A stretch of 16,369 bases of DNA from Promethearchaeota archaeon (GTDB lineage Archaea > Asgardarchaeota > Lokiarchaeia > Sigyniarchaeales > SOKP01). Positions 9,116 through 16,369 of the stretch are shown here, piece by piece (within the stretch, counting starts at the first letter, position 1; each line of letters starts with the position of its first letter). The position numbers and the translations under genes were made by a program. The stretch is from the NCBI GenBank assembly GCA_016839745.1, contig JAEOTS010000012.1, positions 1-16,369 on the forward strand, given 5' to 3'. Below the pieces are notes generated by a model that was not told where the DNA came from, ran no database searches, and worked only from the letters and a program-made list of their open reading frames with translations.

Positions 9116-9871
9116 TCACTTCCCCTTTCTTCTATTTCTATTTGCGTAATCTTGTATATCTTCGTTTACCATTTCTTTGTTATAATCAGGCCATAATTCC
9201 GTTCGAAACTTAAATTCTGCATATGAAGCGTCCCACAATAAGAATCCAGAAATCCTTGCTCCATCTTCCATGCCTGTTCTTATGATATAATCGACTTCAG
9301 GGAAGTCTCGAGTATAAAGATGACTTTTAATCGAATCTCTATTAATATCTTCTATCTTAACACCATTCTTGATGATTTCCTTTACTGCATCAACGATCTC
9401 TTCTTGTCCATCATACATTATACACAAATTAATGAAATTTTTATCGTTTTCTTTAGTAAATTCTATTAGTTCATTTATCTTTATTCTAACATCTTTTGGT
9501 AATAGATGTACTCTTCCTATTACATTAAAATTTACTTTTTCTTCTTTAACAGTTGCTTCCTTTACCACGTCATCAACTGCGTCTAAAATTATGCCAAAAA
9601 TGTATTTAATCTCTTCTTCGCTTCTTTTTTTTAAATTCTCAAGCGATAATGCGTAAATACTTAAATAATGTATTCCAGCTTCAAAAAAATCAAACAATCT
9701 CTCTTTTAAATTCTGGTAACCAATTAGATGCCCAACATTTGCACCATATAGATTTTTCTTTGCCCAACGGCGGTTAACGTTTAAAAGTGGTAATCGCTTT
9801 TAAGTTCCGTCCAAAATTAGACCAATGTGTTTAGGCAATCTGTTTTCCGCTATATGCTTTTGTTCTTCCAA
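9116..9871 (-). CDS. uppS: cis-prenyltransferase (undecaprenyl/polyprenyl diphosphate synthase), interrupted by a 30-nt putative intron; exons 9871-9805 and 9774-9116, 241 aa after splicing
   Basis: The called ORF (9116..9697) has YALSLEN, YDGQEEI, DYIIRTG, RISGFLLW..YAE, LWPD but lacks the N-terminus. Upstream in the same frame it reads TTG(9871) EEQKHIAENRLPKHIGLILDG-[30 nt containing TAA]-NRRWAKKNLYGANVGHLIGYQNLKERLFDFF, restoring PxHIxxIxDGNRRWA and GH..G. The start codon is inferred (no in-frame ATG upstream). Confidence 0.9.
9775..9804 (-). other. Putative archaeal bulge-helix-bulge (BHB) mRNA intron, 30 nt: CUUAAAAGCGAUUACCACUUUUAAACGUUA
   Basis: Removal joins GAC GGA A|AC CGC CGT TGG (D-G-N-R-R-W). 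The pre-mRNA can fold as exon helix UGG/CCG, central helix ACGG/ACGU (3 bp + G.A), bulges AA^C and UA^A, and intron stem UUAAAAG/CUUUUAA. Cutting after the 2nd nt of each bulge gives exactly this junction. Confidence 0.82.
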
Positions 9872-10317
9872 ACTGTTATGACTCTTTAAGAGATTTTTAC
9901 AATGACTCCGACTATTATAATTATTAATATGGTGAATTACATATTATAATTTTGATTTCTAAATCTCGTTGTTAAAACATTCGCTATACTCTTTGGGTTA
10001 AATAAATGTATTCAAATAAATCAAGAAATAATTAGAAAAACCTACGTTCAAAATGATAAAGAAAAATTAATTTGAATTAGTATTCTAAATTTGAAAAAAT
10101 ACCAATCCGAGTATGAACTATTGAAAGTAGTAATCAAAGAGGAATTTTTAAATAACCACCTTGCCTAGTATGAATAACATTTAACTAGAAAGTTATTTTA
10201 GTAAATCAAAATTATTTATTATATTAAACAATCGAAACAAATTATCAAATATAAAAAATAATAATATAATCTGTTGTGAATTACATAGAATATTAAAAAA
10301 CTCTGAGAGAATTGCTT
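9872..10317. promoter_or_regulatory. AT-rich divergent promoter region between uppS and the mevalonate genes
   Basis: ~440-bp non-coding, very AT-rich gap with TATA-like tracts (e.g. TTTATTATAT around 10216-10225, AAATATAAAA around 10247-10256); exact promoters are not resolvable. Confidence 0.5.
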
Positions 10318-11946
10318 ATGATTGGCAACGAGTATTTATTTGGAGACATCGGTATCGATAGTGTCGGTTTTTACGCACCAAAGTACTACATAAAGTTAGA
10401 CGACTTAGCTCTAATGCGGAATGTTGATCCCGGGAAATATAATAAAGGATTGATGGTTCACGAGATGAGAGTGCCCGAAGTTAACGAGGATATCATTTCG
10501 TTAGGATTGAAAGCAGGATATCAAGCTTTATTGAAAGGGGGAATATCTCCTAAGGAGATTGATGCGTTATTCGTGGGAACAGAAACTATTACCTATGCAG
10601 TGAAGTCAGTTTCGAACATATTTGCCGAACTGTTGGAAATTTCACCGAACGCTTTGACGATGGATTCTTACAACGCTTGCGCTGGTGGCACACTTGCCCT
10701 CCTCAATGCTATAGCTTTAGTAGAGAAAGACATAATCTCAAAAGCACTTGTCATAAGTGCTGACATATCATCTTACCATCTGGGTTCTCCAAGCGAAGCA
10801 ACTCAAGGCTCAGGAGCGGTTGCATTAGTAATTTCAAAGAATCCTAGGGTTGCATCTTTCAGTGAGAAATTCGGCAAAGTATCGGGAAATGTTGATGATT
10901 TTTTCCGCGCAGCTTATGAAAAAGAGGCTAAAGCTTTTGGTCACTATTCCGTAAAGACATATCTTAATTTCCAATTAAAGGCGTATGATGATTTAGTTAA
11001 ACATATTGGAGATTTTCACGCGGATTATTATACTTTTCACGCACCATACTCAAAATTACCAATTAAATGCATGCAAGAAATCATTCAAAAACGCTGGATA
11101 AAACATATTACTGATCTTCCAAAAATAAATAAGAGTCATATAAAAACTTCCATACTTAAGAAACTCGATGCTTTTATGCACGACATTACTGTGTTACCCG
11201 AATGGTTGTATTTAAAGTTAAAAGAGAGAGGTTATTCTTCGGAAACCTTGGAAAATCTCTCGTATAAACTTATAGGGAATTTCACAGAAAAAGTACTTCC
11301 CCAATTAAGAGTTCCTTCCCATTTTGGTAATATGTACAATGCTTCCATTTGGGCTCAAATTATATACATACTTGAGAATTACGCGCGAATAAACGACACT
11401 ATTTACTTTGGTTCATATGGTTCTGGTGCAACATGTATCTCTGGTTTATTGAAAGTTAAGAATACATTCAAAAATGTTGTAGACAAAAGCCCTCAAATAA
11501 ACGATTTTATCAATAATAAAGAACTCAAGACTATTAGTGAATACGAGCAAATAAAGGCAGGTCAATTTTCACCAAAAACAGTTTTAGGAAAAATAGTTGA
11601 ACACGAAAAAAATAATAAGAGAGGTTTTACTCTTCATTTTTGCGACGAAGGATGCATCCTCCCTAATATTGAAGGATTAAATCATTGTCCGAGAGGTCAT
11701 TCTGGGTTTCATGAAAAGTTCTTTCCACTGTATGCTGTGTTAGAGTCAGAACCAATAGCAAACCCCAACGAAAACAATCTTAACTACCTTTACAACGGTT
11801 TAGTAAGGATTGCAGGAAGTGTAAAGCCAGGATCTTGCTTAGAATACGAGATCAGGCGTCTTGTAAATATAGATGAAACCAACTTTAATGCGATTGGGTT
11901 ATTAAATTGGAGCCCCTTGTATTATCCCGTTCAAAATATCTATTAA
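10318..11946 (+). CDS. mvaS: Hydroxymethylglutaryl-CoA synthase with an internal helical insertion and a C-terminal Zn-ribbon/OB (DUF35-like) fusion
   Basis: Catalytic motifs VGTET (Glu), NACAGG (Cys), FHAPY (His), GNMYNAS, SYGSG, plus SEATQGSGAVA. At 544 aa it is much longer than typical HMGS. Likely ATG at 10318 (ORF from 10312). Confidence 0.93.
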   Translation: MIGNEYLFGDIGIDSVGFYAPKYYIKLDDLALMRNVDPGKYNKGLMVHEMRVPEVNEDIISLGLKAGYQALLKGGISPKEIDALFVGTETITYAVKSVSNIFAELLEISPNALTMDSYNACAGGTLALLNAIALVEKDIISKALVISADISSYHLGSPSEATQGSGAVALVISKNPRVASFSEKFGKVSGNVDDFFRAAYEKEAKAFGHYSVKTYLNFQLKAYDDLVKHIGDFHADYYTFHAPYSKLPIKCMQEIIQKRWIKHITDLPKINKSHIKTSILKKLDAFMHDITVLPEWLYLKLKERGYSSETLENLSYKLIGNFTEKVLPQLRVPSHFGNMYNASIWAQIIYILENYARINDTIYFGSYGSGATCISGLLKVKNTFKNVVDKSPQINDFINNKELKTISEYEQIKAGQFSPKTVLGKIVEHEKNNKRGFTLHFCDEGCILPNIEGLNHCPRGHSGFHEKFFPLYAVLESEPIANPNENNLNYLYNGLVRIAGSVKPGSCLEYEIRRLVNIDETNFNAIGLLNWSPLYYPVQNIY

Positions 11947-11965
11947 TTTAATTTTCATATAATAG

Positions 11966-11990
11966 ACTCTTTCTTTTTCCTCCTTTATTC
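11966..11990 (+). terminator. Possible pyrimidine/U-rich archaeal terminator after HMG-CoA synthase
   Basis: CTCTTTCTTTTTCCTCCTTTATTC tract about 20 nt after the stop codon. Confidence 0.3.
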
Positions 11991-12103
11991 AATTAATTAT
12001 AAAAATAATAACAAAATACAGATGGTTTCTGAATAACCTATAGGCAAAATGGTTATAAGATACAACAAATACATTTATAATAATAAAAGATGTGAATAAA
12101 AAG

Positions 12104-13384
12104 ATGAATGAGATTCATTCTGATATTTCTGGTTTTTATAAATTGCCATTAAAAGAGAGGCAAAATCAACTGGCTGAGTTATTAAATCTAGATCAAGAAG
12201 AAATAGAATTGTTACAAACTTTAGGATATTTATCCCCGGCTCAAATTGATATGCTAATAGAGAACGTTGTTGGGAGTTACCAATTACCGATGGGAGTTGC
12301 TCTAAATTTTAAAGTTAACGGAAAAGATTATATAATTCCAATGGTAATAGAAGAGCCTTCTGTTGTAGCCGCCGCTTCTAACATGGCTAAGGTTGCTAGA
12401 AAATTAGGCGGATTTCAATCAGAAAAAGTTAAATCCGTTATGATCTCCCAAATTCAATTGACCCATATTCAGGATATTAACCGTGCGAAACAAGCGTTGC
12501 TAACTAATAAGGAAAAAATCTTAGAAATAGCGAACGAGCAAGATCCCTTACTAAATAAATTGGGTGGAGGAGCTCTTGATCTAGAAGTGAGGGAGATTGA
12601 AACTAGGAAAGGGAAAATGATAATCCTCCACCTACTTGTTGATGTATTAGATGCTATGGGTGCAAATGTAGTTAATACTATGGCTGAAGCTGTAAGCCCA
12701 TTTATAGAAAAACTATGTGAAGCTAAAATATATCTCCGAATCGTGTCCAATTTAGCGACTCAACGTCTTGCTAAAAGTAGAGCTGTGTTTGATAAGGACT
12801 TGTTAGGTGGAGAAGAAGTAGTTGAAGGTATCTTAAACGCTTATGAATTCGCACTTGCTGATCCTTATAGAGCAACAACGCATAATAAAGGGATAATGAA
12901 TGGGATAATAGCGTTAGCTCAGGCTACAGGGAACGATTCCAGAGCGCTTGAAGCAGGTGCACATGCCTATGCTTCTATTGGTGGTGCTTATAAACCCTTA
13001 ACTAAATTTGAATTAGATTCAGAGGGAAATTTAGTTGGAGAAATAGAAATTCCTCTTGCTTTAGGGATAATTGGAGGAATTACAAGGAATCATCCTATGG
13101 CACGCTTAGCTCTGAAAATTCTAAATGTTGAAAGCGCAGGAGAGCTCTCCCAAGTAGCTGCGGCTCTTGGACTTGCTCAGAATGTTGGGGCATTAAGAGC
13201 TTTAGCTTCAGAAGGCATTCAAAAAGGTCATATGACTCTACATTCTCGTAATATCGCGAAGTTAGCTGGAACACCGGATGAATTAATTGAAGAAGTAGCA
13301 AAAAAAATAGTTGAAGATAAAAAAATAAGAGTAGATTACGCTAAAGAAGTTTTAAAGAAGCTAGTTAAAAGCAAAAACCTTTAG
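12104..13384 (+). CDS. mvaA: Hydroxymethylglutaryl-CoA reductase, class II
   Basis: ENVVG, PMVIEEPSVVAAAS, DAMGAN, RATTHNKGIMNG, GNDSRALEA, EGIQKGHM motifs typical of class II HMGR; ATG at 12104 (ORF from GTG 12092). Confidence 0.95.
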   Translation: MNEIHSDISGFYKLPLKERQNQLAELLNLDQEEIELLQTLGYLSPAQIDMLIENVVGSYQLPMGVALNFKVNGKDYIIPMVIEEPSVVAAASNMAKVARKLGGFQSEKVKSVMISQIQLTHIQDINRAKQALLTNKEKILEIANEQDPLLNKLGGGALDLEVREIETRKGKMIILHLLVDVLDAMGANVVNTMAEAVSPFIEKLCEAKIYLRIVSNLATQRLAKSRAVFDKDLLGGEEVVEGILNAYEFALADPYRATTHNKGIMNGIIALAQATGNDSRALEAGAHAYASIGGAYKPLTKFELDSEGNLVGEIEIPLALGIIGGITRNHPMARLALKILNVESAGELSQVAAALGLAQNVGALRALASEGIQKGHMTLHSRNIAKLAGTPDELIEEVAKKIVEDKKIRVDYAKEVLKKLVKSKNL

Positions 13385-13455
13385 TTTTATAAAAAATGTT
13401 TCACAAATTCCTCTAATAAAAATTAGAAAAATGTAAATTACCTCACAGCAAATAA

Positions 13456-14781
13456 ATGTTTGAGATGAAATTTATGGGATTTAGAGAATATTTAGATAAT
13501 TTAGACAAAAAAGGACTGTTAAAAAAGGTTGACGTTGAAGTATCGAAGAAATTAGAGATTTCTGGTATATTAAAGAAAATGGAGCCTACTCCCGTAATAT
13601 TCAATAATGTTAAAGAATCTGAATTCCGGGTTGCAGGTAATATTTTCTGTACTAAGAACGTAATTGCCTCGTATTTCAATGTAGAACCAACTGATATTAT
13701 ACCAATGCTTTCGAAAGCAATATTAGAAAGCTCCGAACCAGAAGTAATTAATGAAGCCCCTTGTCAAGAAGTAACAGAACCAAATGTAGATTTGGATAAA
13801 TTACCCATTTTGTTCCATTGCGAAAAGGACGGTGGAAATTATATTAGCTCTGCCGTAGTAATTACGAGTGATCCTGAATATGGACAGAACTTAGATTTTC
13901 ATCGAGCTATGCAATTTTCCAAAAATAAATTTGCTACTCGAATAGTTCGAGGTCGAAATTTTCATACATTCCTTGAGAAAAACGGCGAAGTAGACGTTGC
14001 ATTTTGTATAGGAAACACCCCAAACATATTAATTGCCGGAGCAACTTCTGTCGAGATTGGATTTGATGAATTAAAAATAGCTAATGCGTTAGAACCGATA
14101 AAACTTGTTAAGGCAAATTCAGTCGATCTTTTAATTCCAGCTGAAGCTGAGTTTGTATTAGAAGGACGCGTTTATAAAGAAGAAAAGCATGCTGAAGGTC
14201 CCTTTGTAGACTTAACAGAAACTTATGACACGGTAAGAGAAGAACCCGTATTCGAGGTAAAAAAGATTACTCATAGAAAAAATGCGATTTGGCAAGCTTT
14301 ATTACCAGGGGCTCTCGAGCATAAGATATTAATGGGAATGCCACGCGAACCTACCATATTTAATAAAGTAAACGAATCTGGAGTTAAATGCTTAGATGTT
14401 AATGTAAATCCTGGAGGGTGCTCGTGGTTACATGCCATCATACAAATTGATAAAACCTCAGAAGAAGATGGAAACAAGGCAATATATGGTGCTTTTGCTG
14501 GTCATGGTAGCTGTAAACATATATTTATTGTAGATAGAGATATAGATATTTACGATCCATTATCAGTAGAATGGGCTATGGCAACTCGATTTCAAGGCGA
14601 CAGTAGAATGATCGTAAAGGATAAGGAACCAGGAAGCAGTCTGGATCCGAGCGCAGAACCAGGGACAAAAATGACCACTAAAATTGGATTTGATTTAACA
14701 AAACCTTTAGTCGCAAAGGGAAAGAGTTTTGAAATAGCGGATTTTCCTGAGGTAGATATTAAGAAGTATTTTAACCAATAA
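13456..14781 (+). CDS. UbiD-family prFMN-dependent decarboxylase, probable anhydromevalonate phosphate decarboxylase
   Basis: DLDKLPIL, DGGNYI, PAEAEFVLEG, EGPFVD, VDRDIDI, WAMATRFQ, SLDPS, KIGFDLT motifs; context between HMGR and aconitase-X genes. The start may be a few codons downstream (13465 or 13474). Confidence 0.9.
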   Translation: MFEMKFMGFREYLDNLDKKGLLKKVDVEVSKKLEISGILKKMEPTPVIFNNVKESEFRVAGNIFCTKNVIASYFNVEPTDIIPMLSKAILESSEPEVINEAPCQEVTEPNVDLDKLPILFHCEKDGGNYISSAVVITSDPEYGQNLDFHRAMQFSKNKFATRIVRGRNFHTFLEKNGEVDVAFCIGNTPNILIAGATSVEIGFDELKIANALEPIKLVKANSVDLLIPAEAEFVLEGRVYKEEKHAEGPFVDLTETYDTVREEPVFEVKKITHRKNAIWQALLPGALEHKILMGMPREPTIFNKVNESGVKCLDVNVNPGGCSWLHAIIQIDKTSEEDGNKAIYGAFAGHGSCKHIFIVDRDIDIYDPLSVEWAMATRFQGDSRMIVKDKEPGSSLDPSAEPGTKMTTKIGFDLTKPLVAKGKSFEIADFPEVDIKKYFNQ

Positions 14782-14793
14782 GAGTGTTTTGTC

Positions 14794-15987
14794 ATGAGAT
14801 TAGAACAAGAAGAAAAAGACATGCTTGAAGGGAAACACGGAAAAGCAGCTCAAAAATCAATGGAAATATTAACTACTTTAGGCGAAATATTTGATGCTGA
14901 AAGAATGATCGATGTTTATGGAGTTCAAATAGCAGGTGTTTCTTACGCTAATCTTGGCGAGGCTGGATTGGAATTTCTTACTGAAATGGCAGAAGACGGA
15001 AAGGTTAGAGTCTTAACGACATTAAATCCAGCAGGTATGGATCGCGAAAATTGGCAAGCACTAGGAATAGACAAGGAATTTGCGAAAAATCAAAATCGAG
15101 CTATAGATGCTTTTGCCAAAATGGGAATCATAACAACTTGTTCTTGCACACCATATTTGATTGGAAACGCTCCTCATTACGGACAACATATTGCTTGGGC
15201 TGAAAGTAGTGCTGTTTGCTATTCCAATTCGGTTATAGGAGCTCGAACAAATCGAGAGGGTGGACCAAGCGCATTAGCAGCTGCTTTAACTGGAAAGACT
15301 CCTAATTACGGTTATCATTTAGATAAAAATCGCCATGGTCAAATTTTAGTTAAAGTTAATGCTCCAGTAAAAGGTACAGACGAATTTGGTGTGCTGGGAA
15401 AAATAATTGGCGATAAATTAGTTGAGTTAGGAAAAAAAATTCCATATATCACGGGAATTTCTTCCGCATCAGTTGAAGAACTCAAATCTTTCTGTGCTTC
15501 TGTAGCGACTTATGGGGGAACAGCGTTATTCCACATGGAGGATGTCACTCCTGAGTATAATAAATACCCAAAACCAAACGAGATAATCTTTGAGATTGAT
15601 CAGAATGAGTTAAATAGCGCTCGTACCGAGCTTATTGACGATGATCTCGAAATAGATTTTGTAAGTATAGGCTGTCCTCATGCTTCAATTCATGAAATAG
15701 CGAATCTCGCTAACCTTTTACAAGGAAAAAATGTAAAAAAAGAATTTTGGATAACTACTGCTCGACCCACCAAGAGAATTGCAGACGAAGTTGGGTATTC
15801 TAAAATTATTGAAGACGCTGGAGCAAAATTTGCTGCAGATACTTGTTGTGTAGTAGCTCCTATAAAGGGACGCTTCAAGGGGATAATGGTAGATTCAGCA
15901 AAAGCGTGTTATTACGGGCGAGCTAAAAATAAGTTTAAAGTTAAAATCGGGAGTATTGAAGAATGCGTTGCGGAGGCTGTAAAATGA
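14794..15987 (+). CDS. Aconitase X catalytic subunit, probable phosphomevalonate dehydratase large subunit
   Basis: GVSY.NLGEAG, TTLNPAG, CSCTPY, AWAESSA, NSVIGARTNREGG, IGCPH, DTCCVV, SAKACYY motifs. Confidence 0.92.
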   Translation: MRLEQEEKDMLEGKHGKAAQKSMEILTTLGEIFDAERMIDVYGVQIAGVSYANLGEAGLEFLTEMAEDGKVRVLTTLNPAGMDRENWQALGIDKEFAKNQNRAIDAFAKMGIITTCSCTPYLIGNAPHYGQHIAWAESSAVCYSNSVIGARTNREGGPSALAAALTGKTPNYGYHLDKNRHGQILVKVNAPVKGTDEFGVLGKIIGDKLVELGKKIPYITGISSASVEELKSFCASVATYGGTALFHMEDVTPEYNKYPKPNEIIFEIDQNELNSARTELIDDDLEIDFVSIGCPHASIHEIANLANLLQGKNVKKEFWITTARPTKRIADEVGYSKIIEDAGAKFAADTCCVVAPIKGRFKGIMVDSAKACYYGRAKNKFKVKIGSIEECVAEAVK

Positions 15988-16369
15988 AGCTAGCGGGAAG
16001 AAAAATATATAAAGGAACAGTTGAAGGAGAAGCTATAGTAACTACCGATGGAATCTCATTTTATGGAGGGGTTGATCCCGACACAGGTAAAGTTGTTGAG
16101 GTTGGCCACGAGCTTGAAGGTCAATCCATATCAGGTAAAGTTTTAGTTTTTCCTTCGGGTAAGGGTTCAACCGTAGGTTCATACACAATGTATAGAATGA
16201 AAAAGAACAATACAGCTCCGGTTGCGATCGTAAATAAAGAAATAGACACGATTATAGCAGTTGGATGCATCATTAGCGAAATACCTTGTGTAGATAAAAT
16301 TGATATTAAAAATATTAAAACTGGACAAAAATTAATCGTTAATGGCTCTGAAGGTAGTGTGGAGGTAAA
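15984..16369 (+). CDS. Aconitase X swivel-domain subunit (DUF126), probable phosphomevalonate dehydratase small subunit; truncated by window end
   Basis: Not in the ORF track. ATG overlaps the upstream TGA (ATGA, 15984-15987); translates MKLAGRKIYKGTVEGEAIVTTDGISFYGGVDPDTG...GKVLVFPSGKGSTVGSY...AVGCIISEIP. Confidence 0.93.
   Translation, partial: MKLAGRKIYKGTVEGEAIVTTDGISFYGGVDPDTGKVVEVGHELEGQSISGKVLVFPSGKGSTVGSYTMYRMKKNNTAPVAIVNKEIDTIIAVGCIISEIPCVDKIDIKNIKTGQKLIVNGSEGSVEV

Noticed and set aside
8995-9213. 72-aa plus-strand ORF
   Set aside because: TTG start, AT-rich low-information sequence, overlaps the uppS 3' end antisense and the promoter region of the downstream cluster.
9116-9697. 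ORF-track 193-aa uppS starting at TTG 9697
   Set aside because: Lacks the essential HIxxIxDGNRR catalytic region, which is present upstream in the same frame beyond the 30-nt insert.
9801-9803. Stop-codon readthrough or Sec/Pyl recoding as the explanation for the uppS interruption
   Set aside because: The stop is TAA, not TGA/TAG, and readthrough would still leave 10 extra residues in the middle of the DGN motif.
9773-9806. Insert as a transposon footprint/MITE with AAC target-site duplication
   Set aside because: The two AAC copies are 31 nt apart, so excision between them would frameshift the gene; the 30-nt BHB register fits exactly instead.
68-12043. Exact 12-mer AATAACCTATAG at 68-79 and 12032-12043, both intergenic
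   Set aside because: A 12-nt AT-rich match across 16 kb is expected by chance, and the flanking genes have no evident link.
13456-14781. Ubiquinone/menaquinone biosynthesis role for the UbiD homologue
   Set aside because: Position between HMGR and the AcnX subunits points to the mevalonate pathway instead.
959-15878. Short antisense ORFs in the track (959, 1171, 4626, 5133, 6399, 7441, 9369, 12469, 13095, 13443, 14271, 14592, 15690)
   Set aside because: All are shadows opposite well-supported genes and show no recognisable motifs.

Overview
AT-rich archaeal window, most likely an Asgard archaeon (Lokiarchaeia-like). This is inferred from a uDENN/longin-like protein, a DUF2240/RPA-type helical domain, Loki-type histone folds and the archaeal mevalonate genes. 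Left half: a protein with a tandem short-histone-fold doublet, a helical-domain+TPR protein, a longin/uDENN-like + coiled-coil protein, and a minus-strand cluster (Ig-like/alpha-solenoid protein, GCS2-family carboxylate-amine ligase, amidohydrolase). Right half: an isoprenoid locus, with the cis-prenyltransferase uppS divergent from HMG-CoA synthase (C-terminal DUF35-like fusion), class II HMG-CoA reductase, a UbiD-family decarboxylase and aconitase-X large and small subunits, i.e. the Aeropyrum-type archaeal mevalonate pathway. The top finding is that uppS is split inside its catalytic DGNRR motif by a 30-nt stop-containing insert (9775-9804). The insert folds with its exon borders into a bulge-helix-bulge motif, making it a candidate tRNA-endonuclease-spliced mRNA intron in a lipid-biosynthesis gene.
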